In this document: positions 26,104-38,707 of the stretch, piece by piece
How positions within the stretch are numbered: position 1 is the first letter of the stretch
Layout of the letters: each line of letters begins with the position of its first letter
Origin: Mustelus asterias
Taxonomy: Eukaryota
DNA length: 64,000 bases
Assembly (NCBI RefSeq): GCF_964213995.1
Contig: NC_135803.1
Location: 26,288,001 to 26,352,000 of the forward strand
Direction: 5' to 3'
Translations under genes and position numbers: made by a program
The notes under the pieces: model-generated
What the model saw: the letters and a program-made list of their open reading frames with translations, nothing else
Told to the model about the DNA's origin: nothing
Databases searched by the model: none

Positions 26104-28037
26104 CTGCAGGAAAGAAATGACAACTGATCAACTCATATGAGGTTCAGGCTGTTCTTAACTATGTATGTTTCACTGCTGGTGAAAAGTCATTCTTGCACTG
26201 ACAATGTGTAATTGCAAGTTCTGGTTTACAGAGAGAACCACCATTTATTAGAAGACAATTAAAATATTTTGATTTTTTTCCCTAATACATAATCCTCTGG
26301 TTGTGAATACGCTACTTCAATAGAAGCAGCCTGAATCAGCCGTTAGAAGTCGATTTACCTCCTACTCTTTCCTTTGTCTCCTTATCCATAATGTGGCAAC
26401 CCAAATTGACAGGTAAGTGAATTATGGTTTTTTTATTCACATTTGACAAGTAAATCCAGGAATTAACTGCTTGCAGGACAACACCTTCATCAAAAGGCAT
26501 GTGGGAGTGAGCAAGGGCTCAAATATCAAACTTGGGTCACACCCAAATTCAGACAGAATGAGGGCACAGATTTGACGGATGGTGCAATTGATGCTTTCAG
26601 TTGTAGTGCTTCCATTCTTTTCCAAAGAGATTAACCTTACATAGTATTAATATTAGCCACTGTTTCTTCCAATATATGTTCCCCCCATAAAGTTTAGTCT
26701 TCAACAAGTCCTGTTCACAGGAATAAACGAATGTCACTAAGCTAGGGATGTTGATGATTGTTGATTGTTTTTAACAAATCTATTTTAGTGTTTTAGCTAA
26801 CTTTGCATTTACTCCCATTGCAACAAATGCCTTTCCTGATAAACTACTGACCAATCTTGGAATGTGTAAATGACAAAGCCATAAAGTTACTTCAACTCCC
26901 AAACCAGATAGCAATGCAGCAGTGGCCCTGGAGGCTGTAAATTATGCTATCAAATAATTCAAAGTTCAAGTCTCTAGCAACTTAGCACTGCTCAGGGATT
27001 TCAAAACTTGAGAAAGTTTAACAATGAGTCTGGCCTGCATCTATTTTTATTCATTCACAGGATGAGGTGCCACTGGCAAGGCCACATTTATCACTCATCC
27101 AGATTGTTCTTGAGAAGATGGTGGTTACAACTGAGTGGATCACCAGGCCATTTCAGAGGGCACTTGGGAGTAAGTCACATTGCTGCAGGGCTGGAATCAC
27201 ATGGAGGCCAGACTGAGCAAAAACTTCCTGCTGTAAAGGACACAAGTGAACAAAATGAAGCTTTATAACATTTAAGTTGTCTCACTATTACTAATATTAG
27301 CTTTTTCCAGATTTATTTAACTCATTGACATAAATTCACAAACTATGTTGGGAGTTTAACACACCTCTGGTTACTAGTGCAGCCGGATAATCACTTTCTA
27401 CAAACCTTGACAAAGACCCTGAACTGGCAGCTAGATGATAAATAATGTTCTAAGTTTGCTACATTCTAAATTCTTAGTAGCCTTGCAGTGAACTGTGGGC
27501 CTTAATTTCCATCAGCCTAATTGTAATGCTTTTAATTCTTTGATAGACTAGTGTTGGCTATGAATCTGAATCCCTTACAGCAGTAGTTCTCAAATTTCTC
27601 CGGTCATGTACCCTTAACTCAGATTTATCAACTTTTTGTATAACCCTACAGGCAGTTTCTGTTTGATGCCATGTTGTATGATCACTGGGTGCAAACAGTG
27701 CGATCTGCGTTCACTGTATTTTCCTTGGTGCATTTGGAAATCATTTAAATACTCCAGCTACATTTTTAATATATATGAAGCAAATTACAAAAAATATTTG
27801 CTAGCTTCTAGATATATCAATAAACCGCCCTCGCTCCTCAGAATCACTCACTCAGCAGCCCTTCTATCCAAACCCCCTCTCCCACTCATTCAGCAGCCCC
27901 CGATCCTCATTCACTCCTTTGTGAGAGAGCTCCACCAGGGTGGTGATCTTGGCCAAGCAGGCCATGTCCACCTAGCAGTCTGGGTGAAGCAGCCAACTCT
28001 CCCACTCAGACAGTGTTTTGGCAGCAGTTCTAGCATC

Positions 28038-29165
28038 ACCACCCTATTACAGAAAGGATATTATTAAACTAGAAAGAGTGCAGAAAAGATTTACTAGGAT
28101 GCTACTGGGACTTGATGGTTTGAGTTACAAGGAGAGCCTGGATGGACTGGGACTTTTTCCCTGGAGCGTAGGAGACATAGGGGTGATCTTATAGAGGCCT
28201 ATAAAATAATGAGGGGCCTAGAAAAGGTAGATAATCAACATCTTTTCCCAAAGGTAGGGGAGTCTAAAATAAGAGGGTATAGATTTATGGTAAGAGGGGA
28301 GAGATACAAAAGGGTCTAGAGGGACAATTTTTTCCCTCAGAGGGTGGTGAGTGTCTGGTATGAGCTGCCAGAGGCAGTAGTAGAGGCAGATAGAATTTTG
28401 TCTTTTAAAAAGCGTATAGACCGTTACATGGGTAAGATGGGTATAGAGGGATATGGGCCAAATGCAGGCAATTTTGAAAAAACTGGGCGGCATGGACACC
28501 TATCTCAAACTCTTATTTACTGACTATAGCTCAGCCTTCAACACCATTATTCCCAAGAAACTCATCTCCAGACTCTGTGGCCTGGGCCTCGGCACCTCCC
28601 TCTGTGAGTGGATCCTGAACTTCCTAACTCACAGACCACAATCAGTAAGGATAGGCACCTCTTCCACGATCATCCTCAACACTGGTGCCCCACAAGGCTG
28701 TGTTCTCAGCCCCCTATTATGACTCCTTATAAACCTATGCATCACGCAAACCAGACTCACACCCATTGACTCTGTCTACACTTCCCGCTGCCTCGGCAAA
28801 GCAGCCAGCATAACTAAGGATCCCATGCACCCCAGATATTCTCTCTTCCACCTTTTTCCATCGGGAAAAAGATACAAAAGTCTGAGGTCACGGACCAACC
28901 AACTCAAGAACAGCTTCTTCCCTGCTGCTATCAGACTTTTGAATGGACCTACCTTTCATTAAGTTGATCTTTCTCTACACCCTAGCTATGACTGTAACAT
29001 TACATTCTGCACTCTCTTGTTTCCTTCTCTATGAATGGTATGCTTTGTCTGTATAGCGTGCAAGAAACAATACTTTTCACTGTATCTTAATACATGTTAC
29101 AATAATAAATCAAATCAAGTTGGGCCAAAGGGCCTGCTTCCATGCTGTAAACCTCTGACTCTGAC
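28038..29165 (+). mobile_element. CR1 3' fragment with a nested Rex1/Babar insertion
   Basis: Closely similar to 17420-17940; the 3' UTR is split at catggaca|..|gttgggccaaagggcc. Confidence 0.85.
28499..29117 (+). mobile_element. Rex1/Babar-type LINE, internally deleted
   Basis: [31 protein letters not shown] and [13 protein letters not shown] motifs; (AAATC)n tail. Further copies on the minus strand at about 31665-31830 and 51485-51985. Confidence 0.85.
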
Positions 29166-30553
29166 CACACTGTTGCTTAGGCTCAAGGACCACCTTCTTA
29201 TTAGGGTGCCTTTTGACACGGAAAAGAAAGATTTGGGATTGAAGGAGCAGCGAGCAGCAGAAGGTGAGTGACAGCAGATGAGCTTGAGGACCAGAGACAT
29301 TTTCACTTGGGAACTCCTGGACTACAAAGAGGAGGAAGTTGAGGTTGGAAAAAAAACATTACTCTTGCCTCACAGTGCCAGTGACCTGGATTCAATTACG
29401 GCCTTGGGAGACTGTCTGTGTGGAGTTTGCACATTCTCCCTGTGTCTGTGTGGGTTTCCTTCGGGTGCTCCGGTTTCCTCCCACAGTCCAAAGACGTGCA
29501 GATTAGGTGGATTGGCCATGGTAAATTGCCCCTTTGCGTCAGAGGATTAGCAGATTAAATATGTGGGGTTACAGGGATAGGGCCTGGGTGGGATTGTTGT
29601 TGGTGCAGGCTCGATGGGCTGAATGACCTTCTGCACTGTTGGGATTCTATGATTCTATGAAAATCTGCTATTGCAAAATTAAGAGAAAGGTACTACCTAG
29701 AAACATCTGATGTACCCTCAGGGGTATGCATACCCCACAATGGTAACCACTGTCTTACTGTGAGCATGTCTTATTCTCAAGCAAAATACTGCTAGAGATT
29801 TGAAGCTTTAACAGCCTTGTCCTGCATCAGGTTCAACAAACTCAAACTTTACAATTATCTCATCCATCACCCATTCTTCAAAGAATTCTACCACAACCAC
29901 GAAGAATGAGCCAATTATTCACATGATGCTCTGCACTTAAAAATTACAAAGAGAACAGGAAAACTAAAGTCAAATATGTGACCACAATGTTCTGTTTGGG
30001 TGACTTAACTCTGTTTATACAGAAATAGCAATTTTCTGTTCATCAGTTCACCTTCCAATTCTGCATGGAGCTATATTGAATTTTCATGTATGCATTATTT
30101 CTAAATGTAATAGCTTCTTTATGTAAATGAGGTCCACCAAACAATCCATTCAATGTAAATGTCAAAAGTAGTTAATTCAGGATGCATGTTCCTGGCAAAT
30201 GTTCATGCTGATTTTTAAAAAATTAATCTAATTAAATTGCGTGTGCAATATTAGCACATGAGCAGTTAACACATCTGTGTGAAATTTCTTTGTTCATTAT
30301 TTTAGCAGAGGCATGAATTTGTTTATATTGAAGGTTTCACACAAATAAATTTGTATGAATGCGTTACATGTTCATATGCAAACATCACACCACATGATAC
30401 AATTTGCAAAGATGTGGAATCCTATTCTGCCCCTGCCTGTCATGGCCTCATTGTATCTTGGCATTTTAGGCATATATTTCCTTCAATGATTCTTCAGAAA
30501 GTAAACACTTGGAAAGTCTTGCCGATCAGATAAAAGGTGCTTTCTCTAACCTC

Positions 30554-30572
30554 GTGTGTGTGTGTGTGTGTG
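30554..30572. repeat. (GT)n microsatellite
   Basis: About 9 GT units. Confidence 0.9.
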
Positions 30573-30782
30573 AGTGTTTGCGGGGTTATGCAGGGACGAG
30601 GAGGAATGCTGAATTATTGTAGTGCATTGATGTGAATCTTCCAACAACCAGCCAACAGAGACATGGACAGGATCCCTCTGAGCCAGCCTCTCATCATGTT
30701 GTCAAAAAAAGTCCATGTTTCAACTTGCTGCCTGGTCATGAAACCGGCATTGTGGAACAATTGCCCGATTTTCATTTTCATT

Positions 30783-31065
30783 AGGGCAGCACGGTGGCAC
30801 AGTGGTTGGCACTGCTGCCTCACAGCGCCAGGGATGTGGGTTCGATTCCCGGCTTGGGTCACTGTCTGTGCGGAGTCCGCACGTTCTCCCCGTGTCTGCG
30901 TGGCTTTCCTCCAGGAGCTCCAGTTTCCTCCCGCAGAAGGATGTGCAGGTTAGGTGCTTTGGCCATGGTAAATTCTCTCTCAGTGTACCCGGGTGTGGTG
31001 ACTCGGATATTTTCACTTCATTGCAGTGTTAATGTAAGCCTACTTACACTAATACTTAAACTTAT
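30783..31065 (+). mobile_element. V-SINE with the same head but a different tail (other copies: about 14115-14521 -, 33003-33290 +, 36750-36856 -, 39205-39500 -, 58320-58600 +, 59640-59920 -)
   Basis: Same tRNA head and central domain, then AAATTCTCCCTCAGTGTACC...TTTTCACAGTAACTTCATTGCAGTGTTAATGTAAGCCTACTTGTGACACTAATAAA. Confidence 0.88.
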
Positions 31066-32131
31066 AAATCTCATTGAAATCAATGTGGAAAGATTTCATC
31101 AGCTGGATTTGGCTGTACATTGAATCGATCGGGAATTAACCAACAGAAAGCATCAATATGAATCAGCAATGTGGAATTCTGAAGGTGCAGACCCAAAGTT
31201 GGTTTTGAGAAGCTTTTTTGTCTGATTCTTTAGTTTTTATCTTCAAGTCTGGAGTACCATAAAAGTTAACGGCTGGGAATTTAATGATGAATAGGGTCCA
31301 CGTTTTAAGCAGTTTAGTGACAGTGATAGCTTGGATTCTAGATGGTCACGAAATAGAATTTGGACTAACAACCTATCAGTTTACTGATGGCTATCTGTCC
31401 AAGTTCCTCATCTGCTACTCATGCTGTAATGTGACTCCTACTAATTGAGTGGTGGCTACGTGTGGGACTCCTTGACAGTCTATATGAATCAATGTCTGTC
31501 AATCTAACGGTAGGCGTGAGTCTGTGTCGGAGTCCCAGTCAATCTCATTGAGGGTCTCCCCTCAATTGTATTATTTTTCTGCTTCGACTGCACATTCACA
31601 GACTTTGGATTTAGTATGGTGATTCCAAATCTGAATTTACTCCTGCGCTGGTCTTGAATGTTTGATTTGATTTATTATTGTCACATGTATTGGTATACAG
31701 CGAAAAATATTGTTTCTTGCGTGCTATACAGACAAATCATACCGTTCATAGAGAAGGAAAGGAGAGGGTGCAGAATGTTAGTGTTACAATCATAGCTGGG
31801 GTGTAAAGAAAGAATATGCGGGTACCCCTGTGCGAAAGCAGTCTAAAATTAAAGAGCCATGTAGTACAAAGGACAGAAAGTTTAGCAATACATTTCTTTT
31901 TTTACAACAAACACAGAATTCAAATGATGGGCATTCACTAATATTTCTACTTGTCATTTGCAAAACATTTAGACTACAGGCAAGGCGCGTTGACTATTTT
32001 GAAACTGCCCCCTTGAATTCGTCCCCACACACCTTCTCCATACAGACTGAACATTATCCACTTTCCTTGCCTTTAGCCTCAGATTACATGCCTACAGTTT
32101 GCCCAGAAATGAAAGACTTTTTTGTACTTGC

Positions 32132-32210
32132 CCAAATTGAAAATGCCGACTAAAATGCACACAGCCCACAGAGCGGAACCCTGCCTGGTCCGTCCCATGA
32201 TAAAACCCAT
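32132..32210 (-). CDS. MELTF: Melanotransferrin exon 1 (signal peptide MGFIMGRTRQGSALWAVCILVGIFNL-A)
   Basis: First in-frame ATG after an upstream in-frame TAA, with an alternative ATG at 32198. Basic N-region followed by a hydrophobic core. Ends in phase 1 at G|gcaagt, which joins exon 2 in frame (..NL A CGLKEIRWC). Confidence 0.75.
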
Positions 32211-32439
32211 CGAAGACGTCCTCACCACCTTGATTCCTTCAGCTCCCTTTGTACCTTACGGCGTTGTCCCGGTTCCTTTTGTCAAGTTAATGATTGTAAT
32301 AAGAGGCAACCGCCGAGGTTAAGAATCGGACTTCACCCGAGTCATATTGCAAGTTGCAAAATGCCCTTCAGAGTTTTTTACTTTACTTATCGCTCCAAGA
32401 AAAATTGTGCAAATTTTCTCTCTCTCTCCGTATTCCTTC

Positions 32440-32500
32440 CAACCCAAGGATACCGCCCAGAGCGTGATTTTTCAAACGGCTTATAAAATGAGGACGCCCA
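32440..32500 (-). promoter_or_regulatory. Putative MELTF core promoter (TATA-like TTTATAAG and GC-box-like motifs)
   Basis: Locally CpG-enriched stretch about 270 bp upstream of the ATG, with TTATAA at about 32481 and CCGCCC at about 32453. Motif-level evidence only. Confidence 0.3.
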
Positions 32501-33609
32501 GCTAAACACATCCATGTACCGTGATCATAGCGTGTCTTTCAGATTCTGATACACTGTGGACTTTGTGTTTCACAGATTTTTTTTTAGAAGGGGTATGACC
32601 TAGTTCCTCGCAATTTTTACTGGGTATATAATACCAAGAACAACTATTTAGAAAAGAAATCCTGCTGGATAAACCAAAGTTGTAATAGAAATAATTCATA
32701 AATTATACATTGGTGAAAATAGTTTAACAGCATTGTAAAAAGAGGCATCATTTAATAAGGAGTATTTTCAAACTTTTACCTAAATATCAAGTGTTTGCTT
32801 TAGAAATGCCTCATAACACAAATATTCGCAAATGTCATTACTTCATTTATTTATAAGCTTAACATACGGACCTGACTGTTTTTGTTTTCTGTTCTACCCC
32901 AAACAATAAATGGTCTTTTTAGGACTTCTCTTTTTTTTGGGGGGGAGGGGGCCTGGGGGTAATTGGGAAGTCGTCTTGCTGCAAATAACTTATACACCCT
33001 CTGGGCAGCACAGTGGTTAGCATTGCTGCCTCACTGTGCCAGGGACCCAGGTTCGATTCCCGGCTTGGGTCACTGTCTATGCGGAGTCTGCATGTTTTCC
33101 CTGTGTCTGTGTGGGTTTCCTCCGGGTGCTCTGGTTTCCTCACACAGTCCAAAAGACATGCTGGTTAGGTGCATTGGCCATGCTAAATTCTCCCTCAGTG
33201 TACCTGACCAGGCGCCAGAGTGTGGCAACGAGGGGGTTTTCACAATAACTTCATTGCAGTAAGCCGACATATGACACTAATAAATAAGTTTAAACTATGG
33301 ACCGCCTGTAAATATGATACACTTACAGGGACCATCAGCAAATCCCAGGATCCCTCGTACAACCTTCAGAAATACAGTGCCAGGTGTCTCAGGGAAAAGA
33401 GAAATGCAACAAAAATAATGCGTCAATAGATCAGCAAATATAGAAAATCACAGAAATCTCTTAGCCTCACAGATCACCTGACTTCCCTTCACCAGCACTT
33501 TGGGATTGACTAAGTTTGAGAACCTATGATAATGCCAATCCTCCCTCTCGCCAATGATAACATTCTATTTGTCAGGAAACCACTTCTTGTATGTGTTGTT
33601 GGTATCAAG

Positions 33610-35745
33610 GAACATAGGAGCAGGAGCAAGCTATTTGGCCCCTCAAGCCTACTCAGTCACTCAAGTAGATCATGACGGTTAGGATTATATTCACTGGAGT
33701 TTAGAAGAGTGAGAGGAGATCTCATAGAAACTTATAAACTTCTAACAGGGTTAGACAGGGTAGGTTCAGAAAGAATGTTCTCAATGGTGGGGGAATCCAG
33801 AACTAGTTTGAGGTTAGTCATAGAATCATAAAATCCCTACAGTACAGAAGGAGGCCAGTTGGCTCATTGAGTCTGTACAGACCACAATCCCACCCAGGAC
33901 CTATTCCCGTAACTCCATACATTTACCTTGCTAATCCCCCTGACACTAGGGTCAATTTACCATGGCAAATCAACCTAACCGGCACATCTTTGGACTGTGG
34001 GAGGAAACCGGAGCACCCAGAGGAAACCCACGCAGACGCAGGGAGAACCTGCAGACTCCGCACAGACAGTGACCTGAGGCCGGAATTGAACCCGGTCCCC
34101 GGCGCTGTGAGGTAGCAGTGCTAACCACTGTGCCACCGTGCCGCCCATAAGGGGTAAACCTTTTAGAACTGAGGTGAAGAGAAATTTCTTCACCCAGAGG
34201 GTGGTGAATGTGTGGAATCCACTATGACAGAAAGTAGTTGAGGCCAAAACGTCTGATTTCAAGAAGAAATTAGATATAGCTCTTGAGGCTATAGGGATCA
34301 AGGGATATCGGGGGAAAGGGGGATCAGGATATTGAATTTGATGATCAGTCATGATCAAAATGAATGGTGGAAAAGACTCAAAGGGCCGAATAGCCTATTC
34401 CTGCTTCTAATTTCTATGTTTCTATGACTGTTCTTCTACCGCAACACCATTTTTTTGCACCATCCCCATTTTCCTGCACCATCCCTACACCCCTTAATGC
34501 CTTTAATATCAAAAAGATGTGTCAATCTTTGTCATGAACATACTCAATGGCTGAGCCTCCATAGCCCTCTGGAGTAGAGAATTCCAAATATTCACCATGC
34601 TCTGAGTGAAGAAATTCCTTCTCATCTGAGTTATAAATAGCCTGCCCCCTATTCTGAAACTATGTCCCCTGGTTGTAGACCTCCCATCACACTCAGCCAG
34701 GGGAAACATTCTTCCTGCATCCACCCTGTTGAGCTCTGTGAGAATTTTGCATGTTTCAATCAGGTCATCTCTCATTCTTCTAAGCTCTAGAGAACATAGA
34801 CTCAGTCTCTTCAATCGCTCCTCACAGGACAATCCTGCCATCTCAGGAATCAGTCTGGTGAACCTTCACTGCACAGCTTCTATGGCAAATATATTCTTCC
34901 TTAAGTAAGGAGACCAAAACTGCACATATACTCTAGGTGCCGTCTCCCCAAGACACTATAGAATTACATCCCAGACCTCTTTAGGGCGGCACGGTGGCAC
35001 AGTGATTAGCACTGCTGCCTCATAGCGCCAGGGTCACTATCTCTGTGGAGTTTGCACATTCTCCCTGTGTTTGTGTGGATTTTCCCTGGGTGCTCTGGCT
35101 TCCTCCCAAGTCCAAAGATGTGTGGGATAGGTTGATTGGCCATGCTAAATTGACCTTAGTGTCAGGGAGATTAGCAGGGTAAATGCGTGGGTTTCCGGGA
35201 ATGGGACCTGGGTTGGATTATGGTCGGTGCAGACTCAATGGGCCGAGTGGCCTCCTTCTGTGCAATGAGGATTCTATGATTCTTTACTTCTGTGCTGAAA
35301 TCTTTTTATAATAGAGGCCAACATACCATTTGCCTTGCTAATTGCTTGCTGCACCTGCATGTTAGCTTTCAGCGACACTTGGACAATGGCATCCAGGTTC
35401 CATTGGACATCAACACTTACCAATCTCTCACTATTTAAGAAATATTCTGTACTTCTGTTTTTTCCTTCCAAAGTGGATAACTTCACATTTTTCCACATTA
35501 TATTACATCTGTCATGTTTGTTGTCCACTCAAATCATCTTGAAATTTCTTTGCATCTTCCTTACAACTCACATTCCCAACTAATATGTGCCATCAGCAGA
35601 TTTGGAAATATTATAATTGATCCCCACACCCAAATCATTGATATAAATTGTGAATAGTTGGGACCCAAGCAGTGATTCTTGTGGTACCCCACTCACCATA
35701 GTCTGCCAACCTGAGAATGACCCATTTATTCCGACTCAATTTTCA
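33610..35745. mobile_element. Nested cluster: old minus-strand CR1 containing a plus-strand CR1 3' fragment (about 33677-34427) and two HE1-type SINEs (about 33818-34148 minus; 34983-35285 plus)
   Basis: CR1 motifs in ORFs 34509-34841 and 35274-35528; each host sequence resumes after the insert. Confidence 0.8.
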
Positions 35746-36859
35746 GAATTTTTGGATGAGCTATCTTTATAAATCCAAATCCCAGAAGAACATCCACTTT
35801 AGTAAGTTCACCAGCTAGCTTCACAGGGAGTTTCAGGTTAGTATCAATTCAGTCTAAGCTTCTCTCTATAAGCATCAAATCTATTCCAATAGCATCTCAA
35901 AGCACATCATTGGAGCATTGTCGAACAAAGTTTGACACGGAGCGACAGAGATATGAGGATGGGTAACCAAAAACCTGATCAGAGGAAGGAGTGTCTTAAA
36001 GGAGGTGAAAGAGGAAGAAACAAGGATGAGTTTAGGGAAGAGAATTTTAGAACTTCAGGCAGCTGAAGACTCGGCCGGTAACCAGGTGATTTTTCTTTTT
36101 TTTTACACAGCTTTTGTTTTTTTTTTCATTAATTGGTGGGACATGGGCATCGCTGGTTGGCTAGCATTTATTGCCCATCCCTAGTTGCCCTTGATTGATA
36201 CAACTGAGTGGCTTTCTAGGCCATTTCAGAGGGCAGTTGAGAATCAACCACATTGCTGTGGCTCTGGAGTCACATGTAAGTCAGACCAGGTAAAGAGGGC
36301 AGATTTCCTTCCCTAAAGGACATTAGTGAACATTAGTGAATTTGTGGGCCAGCAGGAGCTGGAATTTCCCCCAGGCCCCAGAAAGAAGCCATGGGCCTCC
36401 TTTGCCCTGGCCATCCCTTTCCGCAAACTGGATTTCCTTCTGGGAACCGTTCCTACTTTTTACTCACAGTAACATTTTGGCTAATATTAGCACAGTGAAA
36501 CCAACCTTTTGACACAGGCTCAGGTCAAAGTCCAGTATTCACAGATAAGGTAAAAACTGCTCTGCTGGAGATCTGCAAGGATTCCTACCGAAACAACAAA
36601 CAATCTCAACTTAATCCAATCACAAAACTGTCTACGACTCAGCATTATTATTAGCAGTCTTTCTTGGGAAAACTCAAAGACAAGGAAACATGGAAGGCAC
36701 AACAGAGCTTAATCTTCTGAAGGGGCCTAAAGCTAAATGTTGGCGCTTTTGTTTGTGTCACAAGTAGGCTTATATTACACTGCAATGAAGTTACTGTGAA
36801 AATCCCCTAGTCGCCACACTCCTGCACCTATTCGGGTACACTGAGGGAGAATTTAGATA

Positions 36860-37850
36860 AAAGTAAAATACTGCGGATGCTGGAGTCTGAAGCAAAAACA
36901 GAAAATGCTGGAAAATCTCAGCAGGTCTGACAGTCTGTAGGGAGAGAATAGAACCAATGTTTTGAGTCTACATGACCCTTCGTCAGTGCTGAGAGCAAAG
37001 AGAATCAGCAGAGATTTATACTATTAGGGTGGGGGGGGGGGGGTGTAGACAAAGGGAGTGTAAATGAGAATACAGAAGGCTGAGAAGGTGCTAAAAGTGT
37101 CCATTAAGTGATAAGAATGTGAGAATGGCAGAACAGAGGTACAAATGGTTAAAGGACAGCCTGAAGAATGTGACAGTTGCACTGAAGGTGGGAGGGGAGG
37201 GGGAGAGGGGGCAGGAGAGAGGGGGCAAGAAGGAGAGCTGGAATGGAGAAGTGTAAAAATAGAAGTGAAAAAGAAGAATGATAAAATGGATGAATGAGAT
37301 TAAATGAAATGAAATAAAATAAATGGAAATGGGGTGAAAGTGGAGGAGAGAGTTCATCCTCTGAAGTTGTTGAACTCAATGTTCAGTCCGGAAGGCTGTA
37401 AAGTGCCCAGACAGAAAATGAGGTGCTGTCCTTCCAGTTTGCTTTGGGACAAACGTGTGGACAGGAGAGCAAGATGGTGCATTGAAATGGCAAGTGACAG
37501 GAAGGTCTGGGTCCTGCTTGTGGATGGACCAAAGGTGTTCAGCAAAGCGGTCACCCAGTCTACATTTGGTCTCTCCGATGTAGAGTAGACTGTATTGGGA
37601 GCAGCAAATGCAATAGATCAGATTGAAGAGGGTGCATGTGAAATGCTGTTTTGGAGATAAAGGAGCAGGTGTTACACCTTCTATGATTGCATAGGAAGGT
37701 GCTGTGGGCAGGGGGTGAGGGGTTGGGTGTGATGGAGGAGTGGATCAGGGTGTCCCAGAGAGAGCGGCCCCTGCAGAATCCTTACAACGGGGGTGAGGGG
37801 TACAAGTGCTGGGTAGTGGCATCATGCTGGAGTTGGTGGAAATGGTTTAG
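36860..37850 (-). mobile_element. Penelope-like element, second family, decayed
   Basis: KLEGQHLIFCLGTLQPSGLNIEFNNFR GIY-YIG C-terminus; terminal sequence shared with copies at about 22085, 47160-47290, 60020 and 62730; degenerate hammerhead at about 36955-36990. Confidence 0.8.
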
Positions 37851-38124
37851 GAATGGCACCGAAATAGTCATCAATGTACCGATAAAGGAATTGGGCTGGA
37901 GTAGGACTATCATACATGGCCCAGCTAGCCCTCAATATTGAAATTCTCATCCTTATTTTCAAAGCCCTCTATGGCCTCAGCTCTCCCCATCTCTGAAAAC
38001 GTCTTCAATCTAATAACATACTCTTCCAATTCTGCCCTCTTGCTGATTTTCTTAGCTCCACAGTTGACAGTCATGTCTTTACCTGCCTAGGTCCTAAGCT
38101 CTGAAATTTCCTCCATCTCCAGCT

Positions 38125-38707
38125 TTGGAGAACGCTTACGGATGAATGAACACCGCTCGACAATCACCAGGCAAGACTGTTCTCTTCCTGTGGGGGAGCA
38201 CTTCAGCAGTCACGGGCATTCAGCCTTGGATCTTCAGGTAAGCGTTCTCCAAGGCGGCCTTCACGACACACGACAGCGCAGAGTCACTGAGCAGAAACTG
38301 ATAGCCCAGTTCCGCACACATGAGGACGGTCTAAACCGGGATGTTGGATTTATGTCACATTATCAGTAACCCCCACAGCTTGACTCCTGGACTTGCACAA
38401 TTTCACAAGCTGTACTGTCTGGAGACAATACACATCTCTTTAACCTGAGTTGAATGCTCCCTCCACCCACATTGTCTGTGCATTTAAGACCTGGCTGGCT
38501 GTAGAGATTTGCATTCTAATCAGTATTCTGTAATTTGATTTCTGTGTCTGTGCCCTGTTTGAGAACAGAGACCACTCCATCTGACGAAGGAGCATTGCTC
38601 CGAAAGCTTATGGTATTTGCTACCAAATAAACTTGTTGGACTTTAACCTGGTGTTGTGAGACTTCTTACTGTGCTTACCCCAGTCCAACGCCGGCATCTC
38701 CACATCA
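38125..38707 (+). mobile_element. Penelope-like element 3' fragment (GIY-YIG C-terminus plus terminal repeat)
   Basis: ORF 38142-38369 (LPVGEHFS..GHS..D..VSVL...R...EQKLI..F.T...GLN) and the same terminus as the element ending at 13640. Confidence 0.88.
38577..38613 (+). ncRNA. Minimal hammerhead ribozyme motif (Penelope-like element)
   Basis: CCAU-CUGACGA-A-GGAGC(auu)GCUCC-GAAAGCU-U-AUGG. Confidence 0.65.

Noticed and set aside
30783-30860. tRNA-like A/B boxes, here and in many similar copies
   Set aside because: These are SINE heads followed by SINE body and tail, not tRNA genes.
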